Source of the DNA: a bacterium
GTDB lineage: Bacteria > Patescibacteriota > Patescibacteriia > UBA10025
Assembly (NCBI GenBank): GCA_021815445.1
Contig: JAKAGM010000001.1
Coordinates: forward strand, 67,447 to 131,446
Length of the DNA: 64,000 bases
Direction of reading: 5' to 3'
The notes below the pieces were generated by a model. It was not told the DNA's origin. It ran no database searches and was given only the letters and a program-made list of their open reading frames with translations. This document shows positions 27,150 to 40,810 of this stretch, piece by piece (within the stretch, counting starts at the first letter, position 1; every line of letters begins with the position of its first letter). A program made the translations under genes and the position numbers.

Positions 27150-28342
27150 AAGAATCACTCATTGTTTTTGCCAAAGAAATAAAGGACAGCCTCCGCGACC
27201 GCCGCACCCTAGTTACAGCCGTCCTTATGCCTATTTTCCTGATGCCGGTCATCATGATAGGGACATTTAAGATGCAGGAAGTCCAGATGAAGAAAAGCGA
27301 GGCACAAATCCCGAAGATCGCTTTTAATATCCAAGCCGATGCCCCGATGCTTGTCAATTTCTTGAAGAATGATAAAAAGTACGTAGTTGTTGCCGACCAA
27401 ACCTCTGACTCAGCAAAGGCGATGATGGAGAAAGGAGACCTGAATGTGTATCTTGAAGTGGCACCTACCTTTGAAAAGATGGTTAGCCAGGGCAATCCCG
27501 CAGAAGTGAAGGTATACCATAAGAGCTCCATCACTGATTCTGTCACCGCTTTTCAAAAAGTTACCATAGCGCTCCAAGAATTCAACCAACGCACAGCTGT
27601 CGCCCGTCTCGCGCAAAAAAATGTTCCGCCGGCTATACTTACTGCAATTCTTCCAACGCCGGTTGATTTCGCGACGGCGCAAGAGCGGGGCGGGTACTTC
27701 ATCGGTTTTCTCCTCCCAATGTTCATTGTTCTCTTCGCCATCGTCGGAGGGATGTACATAGCGATTGACGTCTCAGCCGGTGAAAAGGAACGAAAGACCC
27801 TTGAAGCGCTTCTCCTTACCCCGGCTTCCCGATTCACCATTGTAACGGGAAAGTTCCTTGCTGTTGCCGCGACAGCGAGCACGACGATAATTCTCTCGTT
27901 GTTTTCTCTCTACGCAGCTTTTAAGTTTTTCCCTCCTAATTTCGGTACCGGAGGCGAGTTTATCATCAGCCTGACGCCAAAGGCCATTAGTATCATGCTC
28001 GGTGTCGGCGTTATTATGGCGATCATGTTCTCGGGACTGCTTCTGTCGGTTGCCATATTTGCAAAAAGCTATAAAGAAGCACAAAATTATATTACGCCGT
28101 TTTATCTCCTCGCTATTCTGCCAGTATCTATTGTGAGTTCGATTCCGGGTTTCAAACCCACCCTTCCTTTTTTCATGATTCCGGGCGTCAACGGCGTTTT
28201 TGTCGTGAAGGAAGTCCTTCTGAGCCAGTATGATACAACGCATATTTTAGTCACCCTCGGGTCTTTGCTTGTTTTCGCGGTTATTGCCATCTTTATCGCC
28301 ACAAAGATTTACTCACGCGAAGGGGTGCTATTTCGCGATTAG
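27146..28342 (+). CDS. ABC-2 permease (NatB-like)
   Basis: KEIKDSLRDRRTL, AGEKERKTLEALL..P, AKSYKEAQ. Confidence 0.9.
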   Translation: MKESLIVFAKEIKDSLRDRRTLVTAVLMPIFLMPVIMIGTFKMQEVQMKKSEAQIPKIAFNIQADAPMLVNFLKNDKKYVVVADQTSDSAKAMMEKGDLNVYLEVAPTFEKMVSQGNPAEVKVYHKSSITDSVTAFQKVTIALQEFNQRTAVARLAQKNVPPAILTAILPTPVDFATAQERGGYFIGFLLPMFIVLFAIVGGMYIAIDVSAGEKERKTLEALLLTPASRFTIVTGKFLAVAATASTTIILSLFSLYAAFKFFPPNFGTGGEFIISLTPKAISIMLGVGVIMAIMFSGLLLSVAIFAKSYKEAQNYITPFYLLAILPVSIVSSIPGFKPTLPFFMIPGVNGVFVVKEVLLSQYDTTHILVTLGSLLVFAVIAIFIATKIYSREGVLFRD

Positions 28343-28819
28343 TTTTCCCACACCTTCATCTATTGCTCCCTGCGGTGGTTGTTTTTTGGCTAACCTTAGG
28401 CAAGCCGCTCAAAGCCCAGTTTCAGGAAGTCGGGGGCTTGATTATTTTCCAATTTTCCTTTAGAATAGAGCCGAATTGTGGATAGTGCGGACTCCCACGC
28501 CAGCACTATTTTCGGCCTTTTGAGCACTTGTGGATATTTTTCGAAATATACAGCACAATGGATAAGCAAAGCGGCGAACCCAAACAGTGGTGGCAGCCGG
28601 CGGTCAATCTTTTTGGCCAAGTTACGGGGCTTATCGTTATCCCTATTGTCGCCGCTCTGTACGGCGGGAGGGCGCTCGACAGGAAATTCCAATCTGAACC
28701 GGTTTTTTTCCTCGGTCTCACCGTTCTCGCGATACTCATTTCAACCGTTGCTATCGTCAGAATATCCTCCCGGTATATGAGAGACATAGAGCGCGAAGCG
28801 CGGAAAAAGAATCAACCTT

Positions 28820-29984
<1,165 letters not shown>

Positions 29985-30050
29985 TTGCCTTTCAGGCAGG
30001 GTGGCCTTTTCAGAATAGCCACCCTGAAGAAAGATAATTTACCCCAACAT

Positions 30051-30548
30051 ATGAATGATTTCATCAACACATTTCATGTCGACTGGAAACTGCTGATAGC
30101 GCAGCTGGTCAATTTTGGCATTGTGCTATTTGTCGTATGGCGGTTTGCGCTGAAGCCGCTTCTCAAGAACATGACGCAACGGACGAAAGAGATAGAAAAA
30201 AGCCTCGAGGATGCCAAGAAGATTGAGCGCGAGCTTAGCGATACCGAGCGAATAAAAGCTGAACGTCTGCTGGAGGCGAAGAAAGATGCCCAGGTAATCA
30301 TTGAACAGGCGAGCGCACAGGCGGAAAAGATCCGAACCGAGAAGGTACAGCAGACCAAGGCTGAAGTGCAGGAGATCGTCGACAAGACCAAAGTCCAGAT
30401 TGCCGCTGAAAAGGAAAAAATGATTGCTGACGCGCGAAAAGAGCTTGGGAGCTTAGTCATTGCAGCAACTGAAAAAGTTATCGCCAAAAAACTGGATTCC
30501 AGCGCTGACCGCGAGCTTATCGATCATACGGTACACTCAGTGAAATAA
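30051..30548 (+). CDS. atpF: ATP synthase F0 subunit b
   Basis: AQLVNFGIV..FALKPL...R, then coiled coil. Confidence 0.93.
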   Translation: MNDFINTFHVDWKLLIAQLVNFGIVLFVVWRFALKPLLKNMTQRTKEIEKSLEDAKKIERELSDTERIKAERLLEAKKDAQVIIEQASAQAEKIRTEKVQQTKAEVQEIVDKTKVQIAAEKEKMIADARKELGSLVIAATEKVIAKKLDSSADRELIDHTVHSVK

Positions 30549-30550
30549 CT

Positions 30551-30946
30551 ATGAGAAAACTTTCTCCAAAACAATACGCGCAGGCATTCTTCGACGCTTA
30601 TAAAGAAACTCCGCAGGAGCACGCAGCTGCGCTTATCGAGCAGTTTATTCTCATGCTGAAGAAAAAAAGGGACATGAAAAAAGCGCCCAGAATACTCAAT
30701 GCGCTTCACCAGCTGATTAATGATCGAGATGGAAAGATGGATGTCTCTGCTGTATCGGCGCACAAGATGGCTCCCGAGCTCCATTCGTCCCTTGCTGCTG
30801 ATCTTAGCGCTGCGCTTAAAAAAGACGTCATACTTGCGGCGTCGGAAAATCCGCAGGTTATCGGCGGGGTGCGCATCCAAATCGGTGATACACTTATTGA
30901 CGGCACTGTCCGCACGCAGCTCGAGAAGTTGCAAAGCACTTTTTAA
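30551..30946 (+). CDS. atpH: ATP synthase F1 subunit delta (short form)
   Basis: YAQAF and VIGGVRIQIGDTLIDGTV; operon position. Confidence 0.88.
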   Translation: MRKLSPKQYAQAFFDAYKETPQEHAAALIEQFILMLKKKRDMKKAPRILNALHQLINDRDGKMDVSAVSAHKMAPELHSSLAADLSAALKKDVILAASENPQVIGGVRIQIGDTLIDGTVRTQLEKLQSTF

Positions 30947-30985
30947 TACATTTCATTCACATTTAGCACCAAATAACATATCCGT

Positions 30986-32494
30986 ATGCCCACAATAAAA
31001 GATTCCATAGTTGAAAATCTAAAAAAGCAGATTCAGCAGTTCCAAGCCGGAGCGACGGTCGAAAAAGTCGGTACCGTCACTGAGGTCGGCGATGGCATCG
31101 CGCGCATCTCCGGTCTCTCGGATGCGATGGCGTCTGAAATGTTGCTTTTCCCTCATGATGTCTACGGGGTCGCGTTGAACCTGGAAGAAGATACCGTCGG
31201 CGCCATGATTCTGGGAGATTATACCGAGATTAAGGAAGGGGACACGGTCAAAAGCACCGGTCGCATCCTCGAAGTTCCGGTTGGCGAGGCGCTGATTGGG
31301 CGCGTCGTCAATCCGCTCGGTCAGCCCATCGACGGTAAGGGCGACATCAAAAGCTCGTCATTTTATCCCGTAGAAAAAATAGCGCCCCGCGTCATTACCC
31401 GCCAGAAAGTCAACCAGCCTGTGCAGACGGGCATTAAGGCGATAGATTCCATGATTCCCGTCGGGCGCGGACAGCGCGAGCTGATCATCGGCGACAGGCA
31501 GACGGGCAAGACAGCCGTGGCTATCGACGCTATTATCAATCAAAAAGGCGAGAACATGATCTGCATTTACGTCGCCATCGGACAAAAGGAGTCAAAGGTG
31601 GCCAAAATTGTCGCCGAGCTCGAGAAGCACGGAGCGATGCAGCACACGATTATAGTTTTGGCTTCAGCCTCTGATCCCGCGTCGCTTTCCTTTACTGCTC
31701 CGTATGCCGGCTGTGCCATGGGTGAATATTTTATGGACCAGGGAAAAGATGTGCTTATCGTCTATGATGACTTATCGAAGCATGCGTGGGCATACCGCCA
31801 GATCTCCCTTTTACTCCGCAGACCTCCCGGCCGCGAAGCGTATCCCGGCGACATTTTTTATCTCCATTCGCGTCTTCTTGAACGTGCGGCAAAGCTCAAT
31901 AAAGACTTCGGCGGAGGAAGCCTGACAGCGCTACCGATTATTGAAACCCAGGCAGGAGATATCTCGGCCTACATCCCAACCAACGTCATTTCTATCACCG
32001 ACGGCCAAATCTACCTTGAGGCGGACCTTTTTTATCAGGGCATACGCCCGGCGCTCAACGTCGGTCTGTCTGTTTCGCGTGTCGGCTCTACGGCGCAGAT
32101 CAAGGCAATGAAAAAAGTTGCCGGCAAGCTCCGTCTCGATGCGGCGCAGTATCGCGAACTTGCCAGCTTCGCACAATTCGGCTCTGACCTCGACGAAGCG
32201 ACCCGCAAACAGCTGGAACGTGGAAAGCGCGTCCAAGAAATACTCAAGCAGGGGCAGTACGTGCCGATGCCCGTTGATAAGCAGGTCGCCATCATTTATG
32301 CCGTCGTAAACGGGATGCTTGACGACGTCCCGGTGGAGAGCATCAGAACTTTTGAGGAGAAATTTCTTGAGTACATGGGCACAACCGGTAAAAGCGTACT
32401 CGACGCCATTACCAAGGAAAAAGACCTCACTCCGGAGATTGAAAAAGCGCTTTCCTCCGCAATCGAGGATTATAAAAAAATCTTTACTTCATAA
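30986..32494 (+). CDS. atpA: ATP synthase F1 subunit alpha
   Basis: [26 protein letters not shown]. Confidence 0.98.
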   Translation: MPTIKDSIVENLKKQIQQFQAGATVEKVGTVTEVGDGIARISGLSDAMASEMLLFPHDVYGVALNLEEDTVGAMILGDYTEIKEGDTVKSTGRILEVPVGEALIGRVVNPLGQPIDGKGDIKSSSFYPVEKIAPRVITRQKVNQPVQTGIKAIDSMIPVGRGQRELIIGDRQTGKTAVAIDAIINQKGENMICIYVAIGQKESKVAKIVAELEKHGAMQHTIIVLASASDPASLSFTAPYAGCAMGEYFMDQGKDVLIVYDDLSKHAWAYRQISLLLRRPPGREAYPGDIFYLHSRLLERAAKLNKDFGGGSLTALPIIETQAGDISAYIPTNVISITDGQIYLEADLFYQGIRPALNVGLSVSRVGSTAQIKAMKKVAGKLRLDAAQYRELASFAQFGSDLDEATRKQLERGKRVQEILKQGQYVPMPVDKQVAIIYAVVNGMLDDVPVESIRTFEEKFLEYMGTTGKSVLDAITKEKDLTPEIEKALSSAIEDYKKIFTS

Positions 32495-32506
32495 ACTCCA
32501 GTTTGT

Positions 32507-33412
32507 ATGCCGGCAGTCACGCGAGAAATCAAGCGGAGGATACGCTCAGTCGCCAATACGAAAAAGATAACCAAGGCGATGGAGCTTGTCGCTGCGACCA
32601 AAATGCGCAGAGCCGTGAAACGGGTGCTTGAGACGAGGTCCTATGCAAGTCTCGCGTGGGAAGTGATCCGCGACCTGTCGCAAACCACTGATCCGCGGTA
32701 TCACCCGCTGCTCCACAAGCGCGACAGGGTCAAGCGCATTGCCGTGGTTGTCATGGCATCCAACAGGGGATTATGCGGCGGATTCAACAGAGAAATAGTC
32801 GAGGGCGCTGTCGACTATGTCAAGAAAACTTCGGCGGCAACCCCTGATGTGAGTATCGATTTCATCCTCCTCGGGAAAAAGACTATTGAACTTTCCACAA
32901 AATACGGGTACCAGGTGATCGCCGAATTTCCCAAACCCGATGTCGCGACCGGTATCAATGATATTTCGGCAGTGGCGAAGATGGTCGTCGACGATTTTAT
33001 CGCACTGAAGTACGACCTCGTTACCCTGATGTATACCGATTACTACTCTGCGCTCCGCCAGGAAGCCCGGGTGCGCCAACTGCTTCCCATAGAACCAAAA
33101 GACGGCCAGCTCGGCAACGTGAAAGGTGCGGAAACGTCAGCGCCCGCCGAGTCATACGAGTACCTTTTCGAACCAAGTCCTGACGCAGTCCTTGAGCAGA
33201 TGCTCTATAAGCTTCTCGAAATGCAGATGTACCAGGCCCTCCTGGAGTCGAATGCCTCAGAGCACTCGGCGCGAATGATGTCAATGCGCAATGCGTCTGA
33301 TGCGGCGAGCGACATGATCGAGGACTTGACCCTCACCTTCAACCGCGCGCGCCAGGCAAGCATTACAGCCGAAATAGCTGACATAGCCGGGGGCAAAGCA
33401 GCTGTTGAATAA
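32507..33412 (+). CDS. atpG: ATP synthase F1 subunit gamma
   Basis: KITKAMELVAA, RGLCGGFN, ASEHSARM, RQASITAEI. Confidence 0.97.
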   Translation: MPAVTREIKRRIRSVANTKKITKAMELVAATKMRRAVKRVLETRSYASLAWEVIRDLSQTTDPRYHPLLHKRDRVKRIAVVVMASNRGLCGGFNREIVEGAVDYVKKTSAATPDVSIDFILLGKKTIELSTKYGYQVIAEFPKPDVATGINDISAVAKMVVDDFIALKYDLVTLMYTDYYSALRQEARVRQLLPIEPKDGQLGNVKGAETSAPAESYEYLFEPSPDAVLEQMLYKLLEMQMYQALLESNASEHSARMMSMRNASDAASDMIEDLTLTFNRARQASITAEIADIAGGKAAVE

Positions 33413-33440
33413 CTACTTTTTACCAATTGACTACAACTAA

Positions 33441-34823
<1,383 letters not shown>

Positions 34824-34837
34824 TATTACTTCTTTCC

Positions 34838-35272
34838 ATGGACAAGCTTCATCTTGAAATTACCACGCCCGAGCGCGTCATCTACAAAGATGACGTCGAT
34901 GAGCTTGTGTTGCCGACGCCGAACGGTGAGATCGGCATTCTTCCCCATCACGTCCCGCTGATTTCACTTTTAGCTCCGGGAGAAATCCGTATCACCAAAA
35001 GCGGCGCGAGTACGCTGATGGCTGTCTCGGGCGGATTCATAGAAATCCAGCCGACAAAGGTTGTCGTTCTCGCCGATACCGCCGAGCAGGCAGAGGAGAT
35101 AGATGAACAGCGTGCAGAAGAGGCGAAAAAGCGTGCACAGAACCTCCTCAAGGAAAAACGTGTCGACCAGGAACAGTTCGCTGCGCTCTCCGCCAAGATA
35201 GAAAAAGAGCTCGCGCGGCTCAAGGTGGTGCGGAAAAGACGGCGCGGGCCGAAGTCGGGTTTGCCACAGTAG
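34838..35272 (+). CDS. atpC: ATP synthase F1 subunit epsilon
   Basis: ITTPE, GEIGILPHH, VSGGF. Confidence 0.95.
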   Translation: MDKLHLEITTPERVIYKDDVDELVLPTPNGEIGILPHHVPLISLLAPGEIRITKSGASTLMAVSGGFIEIQPTKVVVLADTAEQAEEIDEQRAEEAKKRAQNLLKEKRVDQEQFAALSAKIEKELARLKVVRKRRRGPKSGLPQ

Positions 35273-35298
35273 AACAGAGAGTAGATAAGACAAGTACC

Positions 35299-35329
35299 GA
35301 GACCCCGATCCCAGAAATCGGGGGGTCTT
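35299..35329 (+). terminator. Hairpin after the atp operon
   Basis: AGACCCC...GGGGTCT stem; abuts the TTGACT -35 box of the next gene. Confidence 0.55.
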
Positions 35330-35415
35330 GACTTATCCAGCCGGTTCTGTATACTCATTGAAAATACAAATTGTTCTTAACATGTTCACGCAGTAGAAAA
35401 TATGGGGGGTTTTGA

Positions 35416-35967
35416 ATGGCCGAGCGAATTGACATCACGGACATTGAGTTGATTACCTTACTCAAGAAAGTTGGAGTTTTGGTCCCGATTGTGCCGGGAA
35501 GCACCGTCAACCGGGTTGACGTCTCCATCAGCGCATTGTGCAACTCAGGGTTCCAGTTTGGAAACCGGCACGAATTCCTGCGGCAACATGTTGCTCAGGT
35601 TCCGCACTATGTGCCGAAGCACGGCGGCATCATGCGGCTTTCTCAGCAGGATGATTTGTACAGCCAAGCGTTTGAGGACGATCTCCGCGAGGCAGCCAAT
35701 CTGCTCTCGGGCAATTTCCAGCGGTTTACCGGTGGTGGCCACTATCCATGCGTATGGGGAGGGCACAAGGGACTCGATTTTCTTCATACCCTAATCCAGT
35801 CCTACCACGGCTTTCAGAGGCTTCGGGAGATTTTTCTCGGGGTAACTGGAGTAGATTTTCTCTTTTTCTTTCACATCGACTATTCGACCTGGGAAGGGGA
35901 TAAGAAAAATCCTATGGAGATGTTCCTCGTCAACCCGGAATTGCTCAAGAGCCTCTACCGCCCCTGA
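35416..35967 (+). CDS. Hypothetical protein
   Basis: 183 aa ORF with its own TTGACT..TATACT promoter; no family recognised. Confidence 0.55.
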   Translation: MAERIDITDIELITLLKKVGVLVPIVPGSTVNRVDVSISALCNSGFQFGNRHEFLRQHVAQVPHYVPKHGGIMRLSQQDDLYSQAFEDDLREAANLLSGNFQRFTGGGHYPCVWGGHKGLDFLHTLIQSYHGFQRLREIFLGVTGVDFLFFFHIDYSTWEGDKKNPMEMFLVNPELLKSLYRP

Positions 35968-36068
35968 ATGAAATTGAACGATGCTCGTCTCTATCAAGTC
36001 CGGCAAATGCTGGGCTTTTTCTATTCCCCCTTTTTACTTTCCATGCTATACTCACGCGCAAAGCGCAT

Positions 36069-37118
36069 ATGAAAACATCAAATTCAATCCAGAAATTTCT
36101 CCTTCAACGAAACAAAGAGCAAAGCGAAGCATACTGCAGTCCGGACGCAACCCTCTGGAGGCTTCAGTACCGCGCCAGGCACGCCACGGAAATTGCCGCG
36201 TTGAAGTGTATGGACGGCCGTCTCAACCTTTCCGTCTTGACTGAAACCCCTCCGGGAATCATCCAGCCGTTTCGCAATATCGGCGGCCAGTTCGACCTCG
36301 GCTGGCCGTACTTTGGCATACTCCTCAATGACTGGGTGAAGTATTCGATCAATCGCGGCCGTGATTGCCTTATTCTCGTAACGTACCACTGGTCAAAAGG
36401 GGACGAGAAACGCGGGTGCAGGGGTTTCGACCATGATGTCGAGGCTGCGCGTACGTATACCCGGAAGCTTAAAGAACAAATTGAATTCGTTTTTGGGTCC
36501 ATGCACTATGTGGTGTATCCTATTCAGGTGGGGATTGAAACTGACGAGGACGCCCTCGTCCTTCACGGCGCTGACGGATCGGTGCTGGACCTCGGGTCCG
36601 AACCCAAAAACGCTGAAGGAGACTTAACTTCACAAATAAAGAAACTGTACCCCGACATGCGCGAAAGGATGGTCAATGATTTATTGCCGCTTCTTGTAGG
36701 TAACCTAGCGCACATCAAAAAGATCCGCTTATCACATAGACCAATTGAGGACACGGAGCATAAGGAGCAAATACTTGCGATCGGGCGAGGATTTGACTGG
36801 CTTCACTTGCCGAATAAAGCGTTAATCATCGGACCCTACAGTTACAACTTAGGCGATCCGGTCGCTACTGCAGCGCGCATACTCCTGAGCAACCTCAACG
36901 AAGGCCGTATTCCAAAAGCGACAGGGGGGGTACTGATGACGTCAGCCGCGTTTCGGGAAGAGGTCGGAGCCGAACGGACCATTGCTGCCGAAAAAGCGAA
37001 ATCTCTCGCTGAGTTTGCGATGGGAACTATCACAGAACATGTTCCTGAGCTTTTGCCCTATCTCACGTCTTTGACCGGAGTATTGAACATGGAGACGAGG
37101 CTCTTTACCCCGTTGTAG
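36069..37118 (+). CDS. Beta-carbonic anhydrase-like protein, CsoSCA-like
   Basis: CMDGR (Cys-x-Asp-x-Arg), RNIGG, and H-x9-C (YHWSKGDEKRGC) in place of HxxC. Confidence 0.65.
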   Translation: MKTSNSIQKFLLQRNKEQSEAYCSPDATLWRLQYRARHATEIAALKCMDGRLNLSVLTETPPGIIQPFRNIGGQFDLGWPYFGILLNDWVKYSINRGRDCLILVTYHWSKGDEKRGCRGFDHDVEAARTYTRKLKEQIEFVFGSMHYVVYPIQVGIETDEDALVLHGADGSVLDLGSEPKNAEGDLTSQIKKLYPDMRERMVNDLLPLLVGNLAHIKKIRLSHRPIEDTEHKEQILAIGRGFDWLHLPNKALIIGPYSYNLGDPVATAARILLSNLNEGRIPKATGGVLMTSAAFREEVGAERTIAAEKAKSLAEFAMGTITEHVPELLPYLTSLTGVLNMETRLFTPL

Positions 37119-37284
37119 TTTTTTTGTAGAGAAATAACAAACGCATCCAGCTCTCCATTGCCCACCCGACCCGTTTGAGTGTATGCTCATGGCAGTATGC
37201 ATGCTTTTTTCATCATGTAGGTATTCTACGAACTTTGTTATAAGAAAAACTAACAGGTAGTTCACCAGTTGCGGAGGACGGACC

Positions 37285-37467
37285 ATGCCTGTCGTACAAT
37301 GTGCGGATTGCGAGCGCCACTTTGAGGTTTCCAGTTTGGAGGCTCCGGTGCCCGGCGAGCCCAACCACGAGAACTGTCCCGGCGCGGGAAAACGCGGGAC
37401 ACCGAGGCAGGACATTGAATTTGAACTTGATGAGACAGCGCTCGTCATCAAGAACAATGGCGGGTAA
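37285..37467 (+). CDS. Small putative Zn-ribbon protein
   Basis: CADC...HENC; SD GGAGG. Confidence 0.55.
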   Translation: MPVVQCADCERHFEVSSLEAPVPGEPNHENCPGAGKRGTPRQDIEFELDETALVIKNNGG

Positions 37468-37544
37468 TGCCCGCCGTATGCACCTCGTCTCTTCTGCAAG
37501 TGACGGGTTTTTTCAAAATGGGCCGGTTATGGTACAATTTGCTG

Positions 37545-40508
37545 GTGAATATCTTCGAAAATCTTAATCCTGAGCAGAAAAAAGCCATCACCTTCGGTGA
37601 AGGCCCCTTGTTAATCGTGGCGGGCGCTGGTACGGGAAAAACCACCGTCATCACCCAGCGGGTCGCCTGGCTTATCCAGCAAAAGAAAGCCCGCCCGGAT
37701 GAAATTCTCGCCATCACGTTTACTGACAAAGCTGCCGGCGAACTCGAGGAGCGGATCGACCAGCTCCTGCCCTACGGGTATGTCGACCTATGGGTATCGA
37801 CGTTCCATGCGCTTGGGGAGCGGATATTGAAAGACCAGGGGCTCGAGATCGGGCTGGACACGAATTTTGAACTTTTGGACAAAGTCGGTCAGTGGCAATT
37901 TATCCGCAAACACCTTTTCGATTTCGACCTGGACTATTGGCGGCCCCTGGGAAGCCCGACGAGGTTTATCTACGCGCTCGCAACTCATTTCTCGCGCCTC
38001 AAGGACGAGAATATCTCGCCGGAAGAATATCTTGCGTATGCCGAGAAAATAGGCGGAGCAAAAAAAGGTACTGGTACGGAGGAGACGGAAAAAGTTGCCG
38101 AGCTTGCCCGGGCGTACGCCCAATACGAGAAACTGAAGGCCGACGAAGGTTTTCTCGACTTCGGTGATCTCATCACCCTGCCCATTAAGCTTTTTACCAA
38201 ACGGCAGAAAATCCTCGACTCGTATCGGGAAAAGTTCAAATACATTTTGGTTGACGAATTCCAAGACACCAACTGGGCGCAGTACGTGCTGATTAAAATG
38301 CTTTCAGCGCCGCGGAATAATCTCACAGTCGTCGGGGATGACGACCAGTCTATTTACAAGTTCCGGGGGGCGGCGATCTCGAACATCCTCGAATTCAAAA
38401 AAGATTTTCCCGACGCGGCTGAAGTCGTTATGACGGAAAATTACCGATCGAAACAGAATATCCTGGACCTTTCCTACCGCTTTATCCAGCTCAATAACCC
38501 GAACAGGCTTGAAGCCCATCTCGGTTCGCCAAAGGGTTCAACCGGCGTAAAGATATCAAAAAAGCTCACGTCGACAACAGCCGGCAAGGGGATTATCGAA
38601 CACCTCCACACTGCGTCAGTCGAGGATGAAGTCATCGCCGTCATAAAAAAGATAGCCGAGCTCAAGAAAAAGAAAAAGAAAACGTCATGGAATGACTTTG
38701 CCATTCTCGTCCGCGCCAACGACGCTGCGACACCGTTTATCAACGCGCTGTCGTACCATGATATGCCGTACCAGTATGTCGCCTCGCGGGGGCTTTTTTC
38801 CAAGCCGGAGGTCATGGACCTCATTTCCTACCTCAAACTGCTCGATAACTACCACGAATCCAGCGCGCTTTTTCGCGTGCTCTCGATGCCGGTCTATCAC
38901 CTAAGACTGCTCGATATCATGCGGCTGATGGAATTTGCCCGGAAAAAAAGCATTTCGCTTTTTGAAGCGCTGACCAAAATCAGGTCGATCCCGAATCTTG
39001 ACCCCAAGACTGTTGAAAGTGTTGTCATATTTATCGATACCATGAGGAAGCATGCCGAAGCGGCGAAGACTCTCAGTGTCGCCCAGGTGCTCTACCAATT
39101 CGTCAACGACTCGGGCCTGATGAGACAGTACACGCAGGATGTCAACCGCCAAAAAGCGGAGCAGATACTGAATATCAGGGAGTTTTTTAACTATGTCGCC
39201 GACTTTGAGCGGCGCGAGCACCACGCGTCGGTCCAAAAGTTCGTCGAACAGATCGGCCTGGCCATCGAGTCAGGAGAAGAGGGGAGTCTCGCGGGTCTCT
39301 CGGAAGAAGGCCCTGACGCGATTAAAATAATGACCGTCCACGCCGCGAAAGGCCTCGAATTCAAATACGTATTCCTCGTGAATCTGGTCGATAAGCGTTT
39401 CCCGACTGTTGAACGCAAGGATCCCATTGAAATTCCCGACGGGCTTATTAAAGAAACGGTGACCGGGGGCGATATCCATCTCGAGGAGGAGCGGCGGCTT
39501 TTCTATGTCGGCATGACTCGCGCGAAGGAGGGGATTTTCTTCACCTCGGCGGAGGACTACGGCGGCGCGAGGAAAAAGAAACCCTCACAGTTCCTCTACG
39601 AAATAGGGCTCAGTAAAACGAAAGCGGCAAAGCCCGTGCCGAAGCAGACATCTCTTCTTGACGAACGCTTCCAGGACCCGCTCGGCGCGAAACTCCGGAA
39701 AGAAGTCCCGTCGTTCGAAGAGATCCTTCCCCAAAAGTTCAGTTTCACCCAGCTCAAGGCGTTCGAAACCTGCCCGTACCAGTACCGTTTCGCCCATATT
39801 CTCAAGGTTCCAGTCCGAGGCAAAGGTGTTTTCAGCTTCGGTAAATCTATTCACCAGACCCTGAAAGATTTTTATCAGCTCGTCCAGACCCGCATGAAGC
39901 CCGATCTTTTTACCGTCAAAGAGCGCGTGTCAGCGAAACCGGTGGTTTCCCTTGATGAACTCATGGACATGTACGAGCGGAATTGGATTGACGAGTGGTA
40001 TGATTCAGCCGTCCATATGCGGGAGCGTAAGGCGCAAGGGACAAAATTCATGAAAGAGTTTTACGCAAAACACCAGCATGCGCTGAATGCCCCTAAGTTT
40101 CTCGAACAGCCTTTTAACATCAAGATAGGTAAGTATACGCTCAAAGGGGTTATCGACCGCGTCGATGTCATCGCCAAGAAAAAAGGCCACGACGATGTGC
40201 ACATTATTGATTATAAAACCGGCCGCGTCCCAAAGAACAAGCGCGACGCCGATCTCGAACAGCTTCTCCTGTACGCCATAGCTTCACGCGAAGTATTCGG
40301 CGACGACCCGAAACAGTTGACCTACTACTTCCTTGATGATAACCAGGAATTTACGTACGAACCTGACGAAAAAGAAATTACCCAAGTGAAAGAGCGCGTG
40401 ACAAAGACCATCGGTGACATCACCACGAGCGACTTTCGCGCCACCCCTTCGCCGTATGTGTGCAAAAACTGCGACTTTAAAGATATCTGCGAATTTCGCG
40501 TCCTCTAA
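37545..40508 (+). CDS. UvrD/PcrA-like SF1 helicase fused to a C-terminal PD-(D/E)xK nuclease
   Basis: AGAGTGKT, LVDEFQDTN, VGDDDQSIY, EERRLFYVGMTRA; C-terminal CPY...GVIDRVD...IIDYKTG...CxxCxxxxxC. Confidence 0.93.
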   Translation: MNIFENLNPEQKKAITFGEGPLLIVAGAGTGKTTVITQRVAWLIQQKKARPDEILAITFTDKAAGELEERIDQLLPYGYVDLWVSTFHALGERILKDQGLEIGLDTNFELLDKVGQWQFIRKHLFDFDLDYWRPLGSPTRFIYALATHFSRLKDENISPEEYLAYAEKIGGAKKGTGTEETEKVAELARAYAQYEKLKADEGFLDFGDLITLPIKLFTKRQKILDSYREKFKYILVDEFQDTNWAQYVLIKMLSAPRNNLTVVGDDDQSIYKFRGAAISNILEFKKDFPDAAEVVMTENYRSKQNILDLSYRFIQLNNPNRLEAHLGSPKGSTGVKISKKLTSTTAGKGIIEHLHTASVEDEVIAVIKKIAELKKKKKKTSWNDFAILVRANDAATPFINALSYHDMPYQYVASRGLFSKPEVMDLISYLKLLDNYHESSALFRVLSMPVYHLRLLDIMRLMEFARKKSISLFEALTKIRSIPNLDPKTVESVVIFIDTMRKHAEAAKTLSVAQVLYQFVNDSGLMRQYTQDVNRQKAEQILNIREFFNYVADFERREHHASVQKFVEQIGLAIESGEEGSLAGLSEEGPDAIKIMTVHAAKGLEFKYVFLVNLVDKRFPTVERKDPIEIPDGLIKETVTGGDIHLEEERRLFYVGMTRAKEGIFFTSAEDYGGARKKKPSQFLYEIGLSKTKAAKPVPKQTSLLDERFQDPLGAKLRKEVPSFEEILPQKFSFTQLKAFETCPYQYRFAHILKVPVRGKGVFSFGKSIHQTLKDFYQLVQTRMKPDLFTVKERVSAKPVVSLDELMDMYERNWIDEWYDSAVHMRERKAQGTKFMKEFYAKHQHALNAPKFLEQPFNIKIGKYTLKGVIDRVDVIAKKKGHDDVHIIDYKTGRVPKNKRDADLEQLLLYAIASREVFGDDPKQLTYYFLDDNQEFTYEPDEKEITQVKERVTKTIGDITTSDFRATPSPYVCKNCDFKDICEFRVL

Positions 40509-40513
40509 AGCTT

Positions 40514-40810
40514 ATGGCATTCTCCTCACTCGGCGATACACTCCGAAAAAGCATCAGGGCAGCGGGCATAGAGCCCCAGGTGCTTGGCGCGCAAACTATC
40601 GAGCATTTCGGAAAAGTTTCAGAAGAAATCCTCGGCAAGGCAGTCGCCGCAAAAGTGAGCGCGCTCTATGTCAAGAATAAGACGTTGACTGTCGGCGTAT
40701 CGAGCGCAGTCGTCGGTCAGGAGCTCAAACTGCATGAGCGGGAGATACTCCAGAAATTGAACACCGACCCGGCTCATCCGCATATCGAACGCCTGAGGTT
40801 TTTGGTGTAG
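40514..40810 (+). CDS. DUF721/DciA-family protein
   Basis: SLGDTL...LTVGVSSAVVGQELKL..REIL.KLN pattern. Confidence 0.75.
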   Translation: MAFSSLGDTLRKSIRAAGIEPQVLGAQTIEHFGKVSEEILGKAVAAKVSALYVKNKTLTVGVSSAVVGQELKLHEREILQKLNTDPAHPHIERLRFLV

